Origin: Stramenopiles sp. TOSAG23-2
Taxonomy: Eukaryota
Assembly: GCA_900128395.1 (NCBI GenBank)
Contig: LT649265.1
Location: 1-52,020, forward strand
Length of the DNA stretch: 52,020 bases
Reading direction: 5' to 3'
This document shows positions 11,313-22,116 of this stretch, one piece after another. The translations under genes and the position numbers were made by a program. The notes under the pieces are model-generated. The model had not been told where the DNA came from. It worked only from the letters and a program-made list of their open reading frames with translations, and searched no databases. The stretch's first letter is position 1. Each line of letters begins with the position of its first letter.

Positions 11313-12077
11313 TATTATACTGATAAATTATTATTTATATGGTTGTTATTTTCATGTCTCTTCTTGTTGTTTTATATATAGGTAAACCTATTCAAAAATC
11401 ATTTGTATCAAATTTATTTTTTTTATTTAATAATTTTTTTTTAAATAAATAATAATAATTTTTTTGATGTGGTTTTACGGTCTATTTACCTGCTAATTAT
11501 TTATTGAAATTATACTGGGAAGTTTTACATCATCATAATATTATTATTTTCAAAAAATTGTTGTTGTTGTTGTGGTGTTGTTGCAATTTTTAATTTTCCA
11601 TTTGAATACTGGTACTGAACCCTACTTTCTAAGTCCTTTTGTATAACAGAGTTTTTTTTTAAAGAATGTCGTCTGCTGTGGTCCCTGAAGGTATTTTTCA
11701 AATGATCCAGTGTAATAGTAATCCAGTGTTAAAATTAAAACTCTTTAATAACAATAATAGCTGTGCTATAGCCGGTGTATTATAGGTGGTGATGATAATG
11801 ATGTGTTAGTGTGGTGATGATGAATATGAACAAGTTAAAGTTGATTGATTTTTAAATTATTCTATTATAATATTATTATTATTATTATAATAGTCTATTT
11901 TTATATGTTGTCTATTTATTATTTTATCAAATAAATAATACATCGCACCATCGACAATAAAATTTCAAGAATTTATTGTGTAACACATATAAATTACATG
12001 CTTTTTTAATTGCTAATTTGGAATTAGCTAAAAATAAAACAGACAGATAGATATAATTGTATATAAAATAATAAATC

Positions 12078-15000
12078 ATGTCTGGAAGTGAAGATGATGA
12101 CGCTGAAGACCCAGCTGATTCGGACGAAGATTTTGATTTTGATATGGAAGGAGACGGGGAAAAAAAGAAAAAAAAGAAGAAGAAAAAAAAGAAGAAAAAG
12201 AAGAAGAAGAAGAAGAAAGAGTATAAACCTGAAATCATATGGTGGGAAGAATATTGGGACGATGATGAAGTCATGAAATGGAAACATCGTAAAACAGATG
12301 AAATTGTTACTGAATGTCCGAAAGATATACACCACTTATATTGGGTTGAGTCAAAAGATGAAGAAGATGCAAAGGCAAAACAAGAGGAAGATGCTTTACT
12401 TATAAAGTCTATTGAACGTGATAGAAAATTTTTACAACAAAGTCTTAAGTATCAACAAACCAAAGTAGCATTTATGAACCAGCATGGTGCACCAGATAAT
12501 TGTCCAGATTTATTGGCAAAAAAAGAAGAGTTAGTAAAACAAAAAGAATTAGATATAAAACAATGTAATGACCAAATATTTGCAATTAAACACGCTGAAG
12601 CAAACCGTAAACAAGTCTGGAGAAATACTCAAACTGGGGAAACGACTGAGAATTGTCCTAAAAAAATAAGATATAAATACTGGGTTGAAGGAATTGATGA
12701 AGTTAGTAACTTTTGTTGGGCCAAAGAAAATTTTCCTGGTGATAATCCAGACGAAGATTTAGCATTTAAAAAAGGGAATTGGATAGAATTATTGGATGAT
12801 TCTGATGAGGATTGGTGGAAGGGTAGATTACATGAAAAAGGTGAACCGACTAAAAACATTGGGAATTTTCCTGTTGATATGGTTGAAGTGAGACGAAGGC
12901 CGCAATGGGTAAATAAATTTCTTGATAAAACTGTTTATTATATACCAGGAGATTATGGAGACTTTTTGGCAAAAAAAAACGCAGCACAAGCAAAAATAGA
13001 TGCAGAAGGTAAATTAGCGCCAGAAGGTTCGCCTGGGGAAGGAGATTGGTGGGCAAAGATGAAAGATGATGATAATAATTTTTATTGGTATGAAATGAAG
13101 ACATATAAAACAACATATGAAGATCCATTTAAAATTCCTACTCCTCCACAAAGTCCTAGAATGGCTGAGGATAAAGAGATGTACAGCCAAATTACTACAG
13201 CGGAGGGTGAACGATATTGGTATAATGAAGAAACGCAGGATACTACATGGAGTAGTCCATTTGATGATCGTTTGCCACCAGATAGATGGTTTAATAATTT
13301 TGCAAATGCTGAATATTACTATGTTGATTATGAAAATATGAAGTTATCCCCAGACAAGCCACAAGAAATTACTGATTATGAAGACAAGTTAGAACGAGAC
13401 CGTTTATGTAAGGAATTTATGTTGGGTAATCCTAATGATATTCTAGAAGATTACATGATTTATAAAGTTATACGGAATGTATATGTGACTGATTGTTTAA
13501 ATGATATTATATCGGAGGTAGAAGTCATACAGCAAGCATTGGATTTAAGAGAATTAGTGGCAGTTGTTGCTGACATGGTCCGACAAGTTGCATGTGAGGA
13601 AGTTATTGATCATTTAAAAATAAAACTAGAAGAAATTGAGGAATTAGAACGCCTTGCTGCATTAGAACAAGCTGGGGATGATGATCCGAATGATCGTGAT
13701 CTAGAACCAGAATGGTTGGATTTATATACCATTCCTCAATCTGTCCCGTATATAGAAAAGTTTGCATTGCATGATATGTATTTAAGTAGCTCCGGTCCAC
13801 TATGGAAAGTCAATAAAGGATGGAGACAATTTGATAAAGCCTATCAAATGAAAATAAAGGTTGAAAATCGATATAAAAATAATATTGCAAAGTTAGAAGA
13901 GAAAGATGAGATTCGATTTCAAGAGATTGAAGCGGATATGAAATCAAAGAAAATATCTACGACACAAGGACGATGGAGACATGAAGAGCGATTTAACTTC
14001 TTGGAAGAGGAAAGGGAAAGATACAAAGCAATACGGGAGGAGGAACGGAATGATCCTGAAAAAGTCCCGCATAAGTTTTATCAAGTAAGCGATGTGCCTA
14101 CATGGTATGGTGCGGTATGCGAACGAGGTCATGTGCTAGGATTGGAATTGAACAAAAATGATTTGGAAGGCGAAATACCACATCAAGTACAACAGTTGAA
14201 ATATATTGTTTCTTTATGCTTAAATCGTAATCGCTTAGTGGGAAACCTGCCGGCATCCGTTTTAGGATGCCATACATTAAAAACATTAGATTTAAATGGT
14301 AACAAATTAGGTGGCATTATTCCTTCTGCAATATCACAGTTAACGAATTTGGAATTTTTATATTTACAAGGTAATCAATTCTACGGCCCAATAGCCAACC
14401 TTTGTACATTGCACAAATGTAAAGTATTGAATATATCTGAAAATAATTTTGGTGTCACCAGCGGTATACCACCTAAAATTAGCAAATTGAAACGTTTGGA
14501 GAAATTAGACATGTCTAGCAATTCTTTGGTGGGTCCATTTCATGATAAAATATGTCGCTTAACTCGCTTAAAAGAATTACGTTTAGATGGAAATGACTTA
14601 TACGGGGAGGTGTCGGAAAAAATATATAAATTAGTAGATTTAGAAGTGTTATCATTAGATCACAATGCACTTACTGGTGAGATACCACCTAAAATTAAGA
14701 AGTTAAAAAAATTAGAGCGACTTTGGTTAGGATCTAACAAATTCACTGGTATAATGCCAGTATGGTTAACAAAATTGAAAAAATTAACAACATTAGATTT
14801 GCATGATAATATGTTGGAGGGATACTTAGTGCCGACGTTAGCTAGGTTACAAAAGTTAGAAATTTTAAGACTAGATTTTAATTTTTTTGAAGGTGTAGTG
14901 CCACGTTCATACGAACGCTTAACCGGTCTAGTTGAATTAGACATGGGTGATGGAGCACAAGGCAACAATAAGGATCTGGAGAACTTACCCGTAACATTGG

Positions 15001-15557
15001 AGACATTGGCGGAATGGAGACGTACACCTGCACCACCTTTAAATGAAGAATTGCCATATGAAAAATGGTTAGAAATTACAATTACAAATATTAAAGGAAT
15101 GAGATATTCACGTAGGCAAGAAATTTCCCAAGGTGAGGCGCATAAATTAGTTCGTAATAAACGTGCCTATGAAAAAGCTGTTTTGGATTCTAAATTTGAT
15201 AATCGGACTACACCACCACGACTTCGCCCATTGAAATTACAGCATTTATTTCATGGTGGTGCGCCAACAAATTTACGTAATGATGGTGAAGGTAAACCGA
15301 GAGGATGGATGCCAACAAGCCCAGAGGAAGCCGAGAGATCTACTGGATGGGGTAAAGGATATCCAACCGTATTGGCAAGTGAGCTAAATGAATTTCATTT
15401 GAAAGTGGTGGAAGAACCATTACTATTTGTAAAGTCCAAAAAAAAACGGAGAACGAATGAAGATGGGGAAGAAATGGAAGAAGATGAAGGGGAAGAAGTG
15501 GAAGATATAGAAATAGAGAAATCATCTAATCAAGAGGATGAAGAGTTGATGGCGTGA
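12078..15557 (+). CDS. Intracellular WW-repeat / SH3 / plant-type LRR protein
   Basis: SH3 (DEDLAFKKGNWIELLDDSDEDWWKG..GNFPVDMVE); WW-like repeats; about 11 LRRs of type LxLxxNxLxGxIP; poly-Lys N-terminus; no signal peptide or TM. Confidence 0.88.
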   Translation: MSGSEDDDAEDPADSDEDFDFDMEGDGEKKKKKKKKKKKKKKKKKKKEYKPEIIWWEEYWDDDEVMKWKHRKTDEIVTECPKDIHHLYWVESKDEEDAKAKQEEDALLIKSIERDRKFLQQSLKYQQTKVAFMNQHGAPDNCPDLLAKKEELVKQKELDIKQCNDQIFAIKHAEANRKQVWRNTQTGETTENCPKKIRYKYWVEGIDEVSNFCWAKENFPGDNPDEDLAFKKGNWIELLDDSDEDWWKGRLHEKGEPTKNIGNFPVDMVEVRRRPQWVNKFLDKTVYYIPGDYGDFLAKKNAAQAKIDAEGKLAPEGSPGEGDWWAKMKDDDNNFYWYEMKTYKTTYEDPFKIPTPPQSPRMAEDKEMYSQITTAEGERYWYNEETQDTTWSSPFDDRLPPDRWFNNFANAEYYYVDYENMKLSPDKPQEITDYEDKLERDRLCKEFMLGNPNDILEDYMIYKVIRNVYVTDCLNDIISEVEVIQQALDLRELVAVVADMVRQVACEEVIDHLKIKLEEIEELERLAALEQAGDDDPNDRDLEPEWLDLYTIPQSVPYIEKFALHDMYLSSSGPLWKVNKGWRQFDKAYQMKIKVENRYKNNIAKLEEKDEIRFQEIEADMKSKKISTTQGRWRHEERFNFLEEERERYKAIREEERNDPEKVPHKFYQVSDVPTWYGAVCERGHVLGLELNKNDLEGEIPHQVQQLKYIVSLCLNRNRLVGNLPASVLGCHTLKTLDLNGNKLGGIIPSAISQLTNLEFLYLQGNQFYGPIANLCTLHKCKVLNISENNFGVTSGIPPKISKLKRLEKLDMSSNSLVGPFHDKICRLTRLKELRLDGNDLYGEVSEKIYKLVDLEVLSLDHNALTGEIPPKIKKLKKLERLWLGSNKFTGIMPVWLTKLKKLTTLDLHDNMLEGYLVPTLARLQKLEILRLDFNFFEGVVPRSYERLTGLVELDMGDGAQGNNKDLENLPVTLETLAEWRRTPAPPLNEELPYEKWLEITITNIKGMRYSRRQEISQGEAHKLVRNKRAYEKAVLDSKFDNRTTPPRLRPLKLQHLFHGGAPTNLRNDGEGKPRGWMPTSPEEAERSTGWGKGYPTVLASELNEFHLKVVEEPLLFVKSKKKRRTNEDGEEMEEDEGEEVEDIEIEKSSNQEDEELMA

Positions 15558-15886
15558 CGGAGCTGTGGTGTAAAAAAAGTACGAACGTTCGTATTTTTTT
15601 TTTGTACAATATTATAACGTTCGTACTTAGATTGTGATGGCTTTCTTATATCATAAAAAACTCTTTTTCTATAAAATATCTTTTTATTGTAAATGATATG
15701 TGTGCATAATTTTATTTCATACATCTCTCGTCGTACGAATATTTTAAATATTTTTTATAAAAAATGTCAATATATGTTAAAATATGATACTTCGTACGAA
15801 CCCCGGTATATTTATATGCATATTTACGAAGCTCATATATGCTTTTGTTACAGTACGCATCCATGATAAAAATAAAAACACTATTT

Positions 15887-18131
15887 TCAAGGTTCAATTA
15901 AACTACCGTCACAATCGAAACCATCCCATTTACATTCTTTGGAATTACATCTTGGATCACAATACTTAGGTTCTGTTCCATGTGGGTATAATTCATCATC
16001 CTCCCAGTTCTTGTAATTGCAATAATCACTACACATTTTAGCACAATTAATATCTTTACCGTTACTAGTGGAACAGATAGGATTGGATGAAAATAACGCT
16101 CTGTTTTCCATTTTTCTTGATACAATTGCATCTCGAAATACCTTATCAACTTCACTAATCGAATTATTTCTTGCATCTATGTAGAACAAATTATGAAAAT
16201 TAGATAAATAGCTTGGCAATGCATTTAAATTGCAACGTGCAACATCCAAGTGAGCTATTTTGTTAGACAAAGTTTCGAAATTATTTGGAAACATTTTTGT
16301 TGTATCTTTGTTTAATTGATTTCCTCCGGCATAAAAAAAATTCAATTGTGGAACTTGTTCTGCACCAAAGCTACTAGGCAATGTTAAACTATTATTAGTT
16401 ATCACTAAATAAAATAAACTTGGAGAATGTATTTTTTCTGGCATGTAAAAATGTGGATTGGAATTGACCCACAAAGCAGCTAAACCAGGATGATTCCATA
16501 GTGCCTCTTCGTTATATGAACTGATATTGTTAAATTTCAAATTTAAATGCAATATGTATTTCCATTTTAATATATCAATATTGAAACTTGATAATTTATT
16601 GTATGCAAAATCAACATGTACTAATTGTGTTAATTCTTCTATTTCTTGTGGCACGTTTGTTAAGTTACAATTTAACACACGTAGTAATTTCAAATGCGCC
16701 ATATTCGTTGCTATTCCAACTGGAAGATCGGTCATAGATTTATTGTTTTCAATCCATAATGCTGCACATTCACAATTGGAAACAAAATTTTGTGTACAAA
16801 ATGGTATTTGTATCTTACATCCATCGGAGTAAAAGTTTTTGTGAGAAGCAAAAATCAAATCGCATTTTTCATTAAGAATACTCTGATACGATACAATATG
16901 AATCAATTGAGTGAAAAACAATATCATGAAAAAAATGCAATGAATAATTGCTAAAACAAACATAAACAACTTTCTTGAATGTAAACAAAATTTGTTTTGA
17001 GTTATTTGAATCGTTTCCATTTTTGAACGTCTATATAACTACATGTGTGTGTGTGCGTGTGTATAAATCTATTGTTAGACTTGGTTTTAATCTGATATAA
17101 CAACATTGATGTTTTATTATTACATAAGAGTCCAATATATAACTTACTGATAATCGACGCCTTCGAATTTTCTGTGCTTCTTGATTTTCCTTTTTAATTA
17201 CAATATCATCTAATTTTCTTGCAATATTTTCAAAAAATTGCGATCTCAATTTACTAAATAAGGATAACGATGGCATAATTATTATTTGCAACAAGTCTCT
17301 AGTTGCAGGTGCAACATGGCCGTAGAAAAATAAAAACAAAGGTGGAAACATTAAATAAATTGTATCCATAATAATATCAATATTAACTAATCGATCCCGT
17401 TCTGCAACAGTTATAATACCGAACGAGGCACTATCATGTTCTCTTTTAGTACTACAAAAAGGCAATACAATTTTTTTATACAATAAAAAAGCCTGTAATC
17501 CTGAATCTAAAAAGTATAAAACGCAAAAAAACATCGTAATTGAAAGCGGCAAGCGACAAATATATATTGTAAAATAATTAGTTGTTTGAAATATCTTTTC
17601 CAATGTTTCGCTACCATATAATTTATATAAATAATATTTCCCATTCAAACCAAAATTAGTAGAGTACAAATTTTTTATACGTGATACCAGATTATCTGTA
17701 CGTCTTGAATGTGAGCCTATTCGTTTTTTTATCATTGCCAAAGCTCTGTGTTTCCATCTTACAAGGGCATATACAAATAATAAAACAAACAAAATGCCGA
17801 AAATCACAAAAACTATGACTCCTTCCTTTTCCGTATTTGAAAAATTTGGATATGTAAATAAATAAAATAATGAGAAATAAAAGATTGAAAAAATCAATGT
17901 CTGCAGTAACAAAATTATTCCATAGCATCCTATTAACTTGCAAAACGTGACATCGTGATTTTTAATTCGATCTAATATAGTATGTTCTGATGCACTTCTA
18001 CGATTATTTCTGTTGCGTTTCTTCTTTTTTTTTTCTACATCAGCTGTATCATCTTGTTCAGAAGACGTATGCAACGGGTTTTTATTCCAGTTACTTGTAT
18101 CACCCAGGTTTATTTCTTTCACTGTTGCCAT
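15887..18131 (-). CDS. Multi-pass membrane protein with C-terminal LRRs and an LNR (Notch-like) repeat; two exons (18131-17148, 17038-15887), 711 aa
   Basis: Phase-0 intron GTAAGT..CTAAC..TGTAG joins the two track ORFs in frame (RRRLS|LYRRSKMET); about 7 hydrophobic segments; LRRs; CDPRCNSKECKWDGFDC LNR motif. Confidence 0.85.
17039..17147 (-). other. Spliceosomal GT-AG intron, 109 nt
   Basis: Donor GTAAGT at 17147, branch-like CTAAC, acceptor TAG at 17039; removal restores the frame. Confidence 0.85.
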
Positions 18132-18808
18132 AATGATGTTTCTCTAATTTTTATAATATATCGTTTTTATTGAACGGCAAATATATATAATAAAAATCTG
18201 TATTTCTATAAATCTATTTTAAAGTATTATGTCTGTCTGTCTATCGCTATAGCTACTATTCACTGCATGTGCAATCACTCGCGATATATGTGTATATATA
18301 TATTGATCTAAAAGCTATTATACATATATATATCTACATCTTTATCTTCTTTTGGATTCATTATTGCACCATATAATAATAGCAGTTGCAATAGTTGTCG
18401 TAATAAATAAATAAAAAACCGTAACCTCTCCTGTGGTAGGTGCGTAGTAAAAACCAGTAAACATTATAAAGATCACACAACAGGACAACAGGGAGATATA
18501 ATATGAGTATAATATTGTGATCACCTCAACTGTACCTGGCCTGACGCGACACTAATACTAACATATATACTACCAGGTACCATCTATTTATAATATATTA
18601 TAATGCTTATTCTGGTGATGTGATGGTGATGCTAGCCGCCAGCTAGAGTTAGAGTACTTAAGGAAAGTTCTCTTTGACTTACTGTAGGTAATATAAAAAA
18701 TTAAAAATAATATACAATCAAAAATTACACACACATCGGTATCATACCAAACCTCTCGTTTTCTCCACAGCACCACAAATAAAATTATACTTTTCGTCGC
18801 ATCACCTT

Positions 18809-20263
18809 TTAAAGTTCGATTTCCTTTCCTGAACCAAAAACAAGGAAAATTATACAACCAAAAACGCAGATACTAGCCCCAACGTCAAACGCCGTACCCC
18901 ATGCATCTTTGCATGACTGTGTCGATGCAATTTCCCATGCCAAAGTTTGATTTTGTTTGAACACCTCATCGGTTGGGCATTTACCATTTGTTAGCAAATA
19001 TCCAACTAGTACTGGATTAAATGCACCTCCAAATGTTGCTATACCATTAGCTAATCCTTTTATAATTCCAGCATATTCTTGGGACAAATCCATCGGAGTT
19101 GCAGCAGAGGCGGAAGCAACAATTCCACCAGGAGCAATTGCAAAACATAAAATTACAACAACTGTTGTTAAATTAGATATATGATGTTTCAATAACATTA
19201 ATGATGATGTAGCTGCAGTAGCTGCAATAAATTGAAATAATTTTCTAACATGTGTAATTGATAATCTTTTTGATACTACAAGCCAATCTGATATAAATCC
19301 ACATGTTATTCCAATTATGCCACATAAAAAATACGGATACAATAATAAATATGCTGAACTATGTGTACTTGACATATTGAAGCGATATTCTTCTTGTAAA
19401 TATTTTGGCAAATATGTAACAAACATGAAAAGACTCCAATTGATTGAAAACGGTCCAACAATGGCAGCAAAAACATCTAATCTACATAATAATTTTTTCC
19501 ATGGTATTTTATCTTCTACGTTCCTTTTAATATTAATAGTTCCAACATCAAGTTGATAATAGGATGAAGATGATAACGATAATAATGTTGTTGTTGTTGC
19601 TGCTGCTGCTGGCGTATTAATAATGCCTTCTAACACTTCTTCTTCTTCATCATCACTTGGCATTTTTTCCGAAGGATTGGATTGTACTCGAAAATAAACA
19701 TAAATACTAAAAATGCCTGTTATAGTGCCAAACAAATAAAACACTTTTGACCAAGATCCAAGGGCATTTTGAATTTGAGTACCACAACCAAGTGTCAATG
19801 CACCGCCCCAATAGCTTCCCGCGTCCATCATACTAAAACCCCGTGCCCTTTCATCAAAATTTAACCATACAGCAAATAAACTATGTGCGACAGGATACAC
19901 AGGAGATTGTGCTAATCCTAATAATACTCGTAGTGCGAAAAAATAATAAACTCCAAAATTTATTGCAACAAATGGTGACAAAAATGTTATGATGCACTGT
20001 AATATCATACTAACTAACAACACCCGTCTTGAACCGTAACGTGATGCTAAAATTCCACTAGGAAAATTGCCAAACATATATCCCCAAAAAAATCCAGATA
20101 AGACAAAGCCATTTTCTTCCACACTCCAATTTAATTCTTGTGACAGACCAGAATTGCCTACTAATATGGTTGATAAACATACACGTAGTAAATATGCATT
20201 GACGCCAACCATAAACATTATGAAGACATGTTCATGTTTTCTTGATAAAAAACAGCAACACAT
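18809..20263 (-). CDS. MFS anion:cation symporter (SLC17 / sialin-like)
   Basis: GFVLSGFFWGY..PSGILASRYGSRRV, LRVLLGLAQSPVYP, TYLPKYL, VRKLFQ and PMDLSQEYAGIIKG motifs; about 12 TM. Confidence 0.9.
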   Translation of the reverse strand: MCCCFLSRKHEHVFIMFMVGVNAYLLRVCLSTILVGNSGLSQELNWSVEENGFVLSGFFWGYMFGNFPSGILASRYGSRRVLLVSMILQCIITFLSPFVAINFGVYYFFALRVLLGLAQSPVYPVAHSLFAVWLNFDERARGFSMMDAGSYWGGALTLGCGTQIQNALGSWSKVFYLFGTITGIFSIYVYFRVQSNPSEKMPSDDEEEEVLEGIINTPAAAATTTTLLSLSSSSYYQLDVGTINIKRNVEDKIPWKKLLCRLDVFAAIVGPFSINWSLFMFVTYLPKYLQEEYRFNMSSTHSSAYLLLYPYFLCGIIGITCGFISDWLVVSKRLSITHVRKLFQFIAATAATSSLMLLKHHISNLTTVVVILCFAIAPGGIVASASAATPMDLSQEYAGIIKGLANGIATFGGAFNPVLVGYLLTNGKCPTDEVFKQNQTLAWEIASTQSCKDAWGTAFDVGASICVFGCIIFLVFGSGKEIEL

Positions 20264-20938
20264 TAATTATATGTACAATTACAACTTGTGGTTGCTAAAT
20301 AGCTAGGCAATGTAATATGATATCTCTCTTGGTAAAATACCTATTGTATATATAAATTTTATTTGTAATTCAATAATAAATGCAACTAATAATCGCGTTA
20401 TTCGTAGTAGATTCGTATATAGGAGTAGTATTTGAAATTGTACTAATTAGTATACAAATACATTGGTAATTATAATTCATATTTATGCCATTGTGCCATT
20501 TCTTCTAAATAATAAATAATAATTCTTATATAAAATAATAAATAACTTATATAATTAATTATTTCAATAATAATACCTACTCTCCAGAAAGAATACAATA
20601 ACTGAGACAATATAAATAATATCTATCTCACTAAACTGAAAGATGGACAATGAATCATAACATTGTGATAGAGTTCATTGAAATCCACAGAGTGTGCCAA
20701 TATTTTTAAGATATAAAAACATTGGTGGAGGATACAACACGAGAAATTCAAAATTTTAAAATAAAAACTTCAAAATAGGTTAAATTGACCAAGTTTAATC
20801 TATCTTAGATATATGTGAAATTCTTACACTCATATCTCCTCTAGAACTCTTTTTATTTAAAAATCGTTTCTGGGCAGCTAATGTTTGATATCACCATACT
20901 TCCCGTTGTGAAATACTATCATAAATACACTCTATCCC

Positions 20939-20969
20939 GTTTGCAGTTTGCAGTTTGCAGTTTGCAGTT
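20939..20969. repeat. Tandem 7-mer (GTTTGCA)x4
   Basis: gtttgcagtttgcagtttgcagtttgcagtt read directly. Confidence 0.9.
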
Positions 20970-21264
20970 CCTATTGCTCAGTCTCATTATAACTAAAAAT
21001 GGACTAGCATGATAGACTGATCTTCATGACTCCCATTTAGTGCAACAAAGTGGAAAGTGTGTACTCCAATATGCGAACATGCACCTACACTGTATTATAT
21101 ACGAAGTATATTATATACATATATATAGGAGTAAAAGAAATTTATATAATATATGAGTAAGAGAACATTTTATATATATTTTTATAAAAATTTTTTTTTA
21201 AATATTTGATAAAATGTTAACTTTTCTTGTGATAAATTTTTTATTTTTTACTCTCTTCTTTTTT

Positions 21265-22116
21265 TTATAAATTATAAATTACTATCATAAACATGATGAC
21301 AATTGAAATTATTGACATGGTATTTACGGTACTATTTGATAACTCGTTTTTTTTTCGTTTTGATGATGTTATCGCTGCGTTTGTTGTAGTAACTGACGGT
21401 GCAGCTGTTGTGATTACATTTGCTGGTTTTGTTGGCTTCAATATACAAGTACGATCAGATATAAGATTGCCATTAAATGAAATGGATTCATTTTTATTGC
21501 ATTGCTTCCAATTCGTACAACTCGTACCAATAAATTGATTAGCAGATTGAAATTGTCCTTCATCACATTCTAAGCAGTAAGCATCAGATATTGCATTCTG
21601 TACAAGTTTATGCCCAGCATTGCATTTGATATCTTGCTGTACTTGACACTTCCTGCCAGTAAATTGATTCCAACGTTGAAATTGTCCTGGGCTGCATTGT
21701 ACGCAGTTTTCATCAGATGTTGCATTCCCATTTACAAGTTTATGCCCAGCATTGCATTTGATACCTGAATATCCTAATTTAGCATTATTTGGAGAAATTA
21801 ATTTAAAATGACGTTCATGTGTAGCAGCAGTAATTGTTATTAAATTATTCATATCCGTATTTGTGCCAACAATTTCCAATGTATTTATTACGACAACGTG
21901 ACTACCAACGTGAGTAGCAGATAGAGTACCAGATATGGTACAATCAGTAGAACGTGTGAATGTTCCCGTATTCTTTGACGATGCATCCGATGAACAATTC
22001 CATTCCTCACTATACACTTCACCAAATGATGTCATAAAAATGACATAAATGAAATATATTGTCGTAATGATTTTTTTCATCATTGTTGATTTTTTCATCA
22101 TCGTCTTTCTTGGCAT
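21265..22116 (-). CDS. Cys-rich cell-surface protein (TNFR/ephrin-receptor-like Cys repeats, Thr-rich stalk, hydrophobic or GPI-type tail)
   Basis: Signal peptide; two 44-aa repeats IKCNAGHKLV..SD..C..C..GQFQ..NQF.G..C (DNA repeat at 21601 and 21733); C-terminal hydrophobic segment. The true start may be a downstream Met. Confidence 0.75.
   Translation of the reverse strand: MPRKTMMKKSTMMKKIITTIYFIYVIFMTSFGEVYSEEWNCSSDASSKNTGTFTRSTDCTISGTLSATHVGSHVVVINTLEIVGTNTDMNNLITITAATHERHFKLISPNNAKLGYSGIKCNAGHKLVNGNATSDENCVQCSPGQFQRWNQFTGRKCQVQQDIKCNAGHKLVQNAISDAYCLECDEGQFQSANQFIGTSCTNWKQCNKNESISFNGNLISDRTCILKPTKPANVITTAAPSVTTTNAAITSSKRKKNELSNSTVNTMSIISIVIMFMIVIYNL

Noticed and set aside
11927-12335. 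Poly-Phe/Leu ORFs on the minus strand and the many other short antisense ORFs in the track
   Set aside because: They are shadows of real genes (here the poly-Lys tract) or of low-complexity AT-rich DNA, with no domain signal.
17031-17147. C-terminal VSYILDS..THTHVVI of track ORF 17031-18131 as a separate gene end
   Set aside because: This is intron read-through; splicing joins the ORF to 15887-17020.
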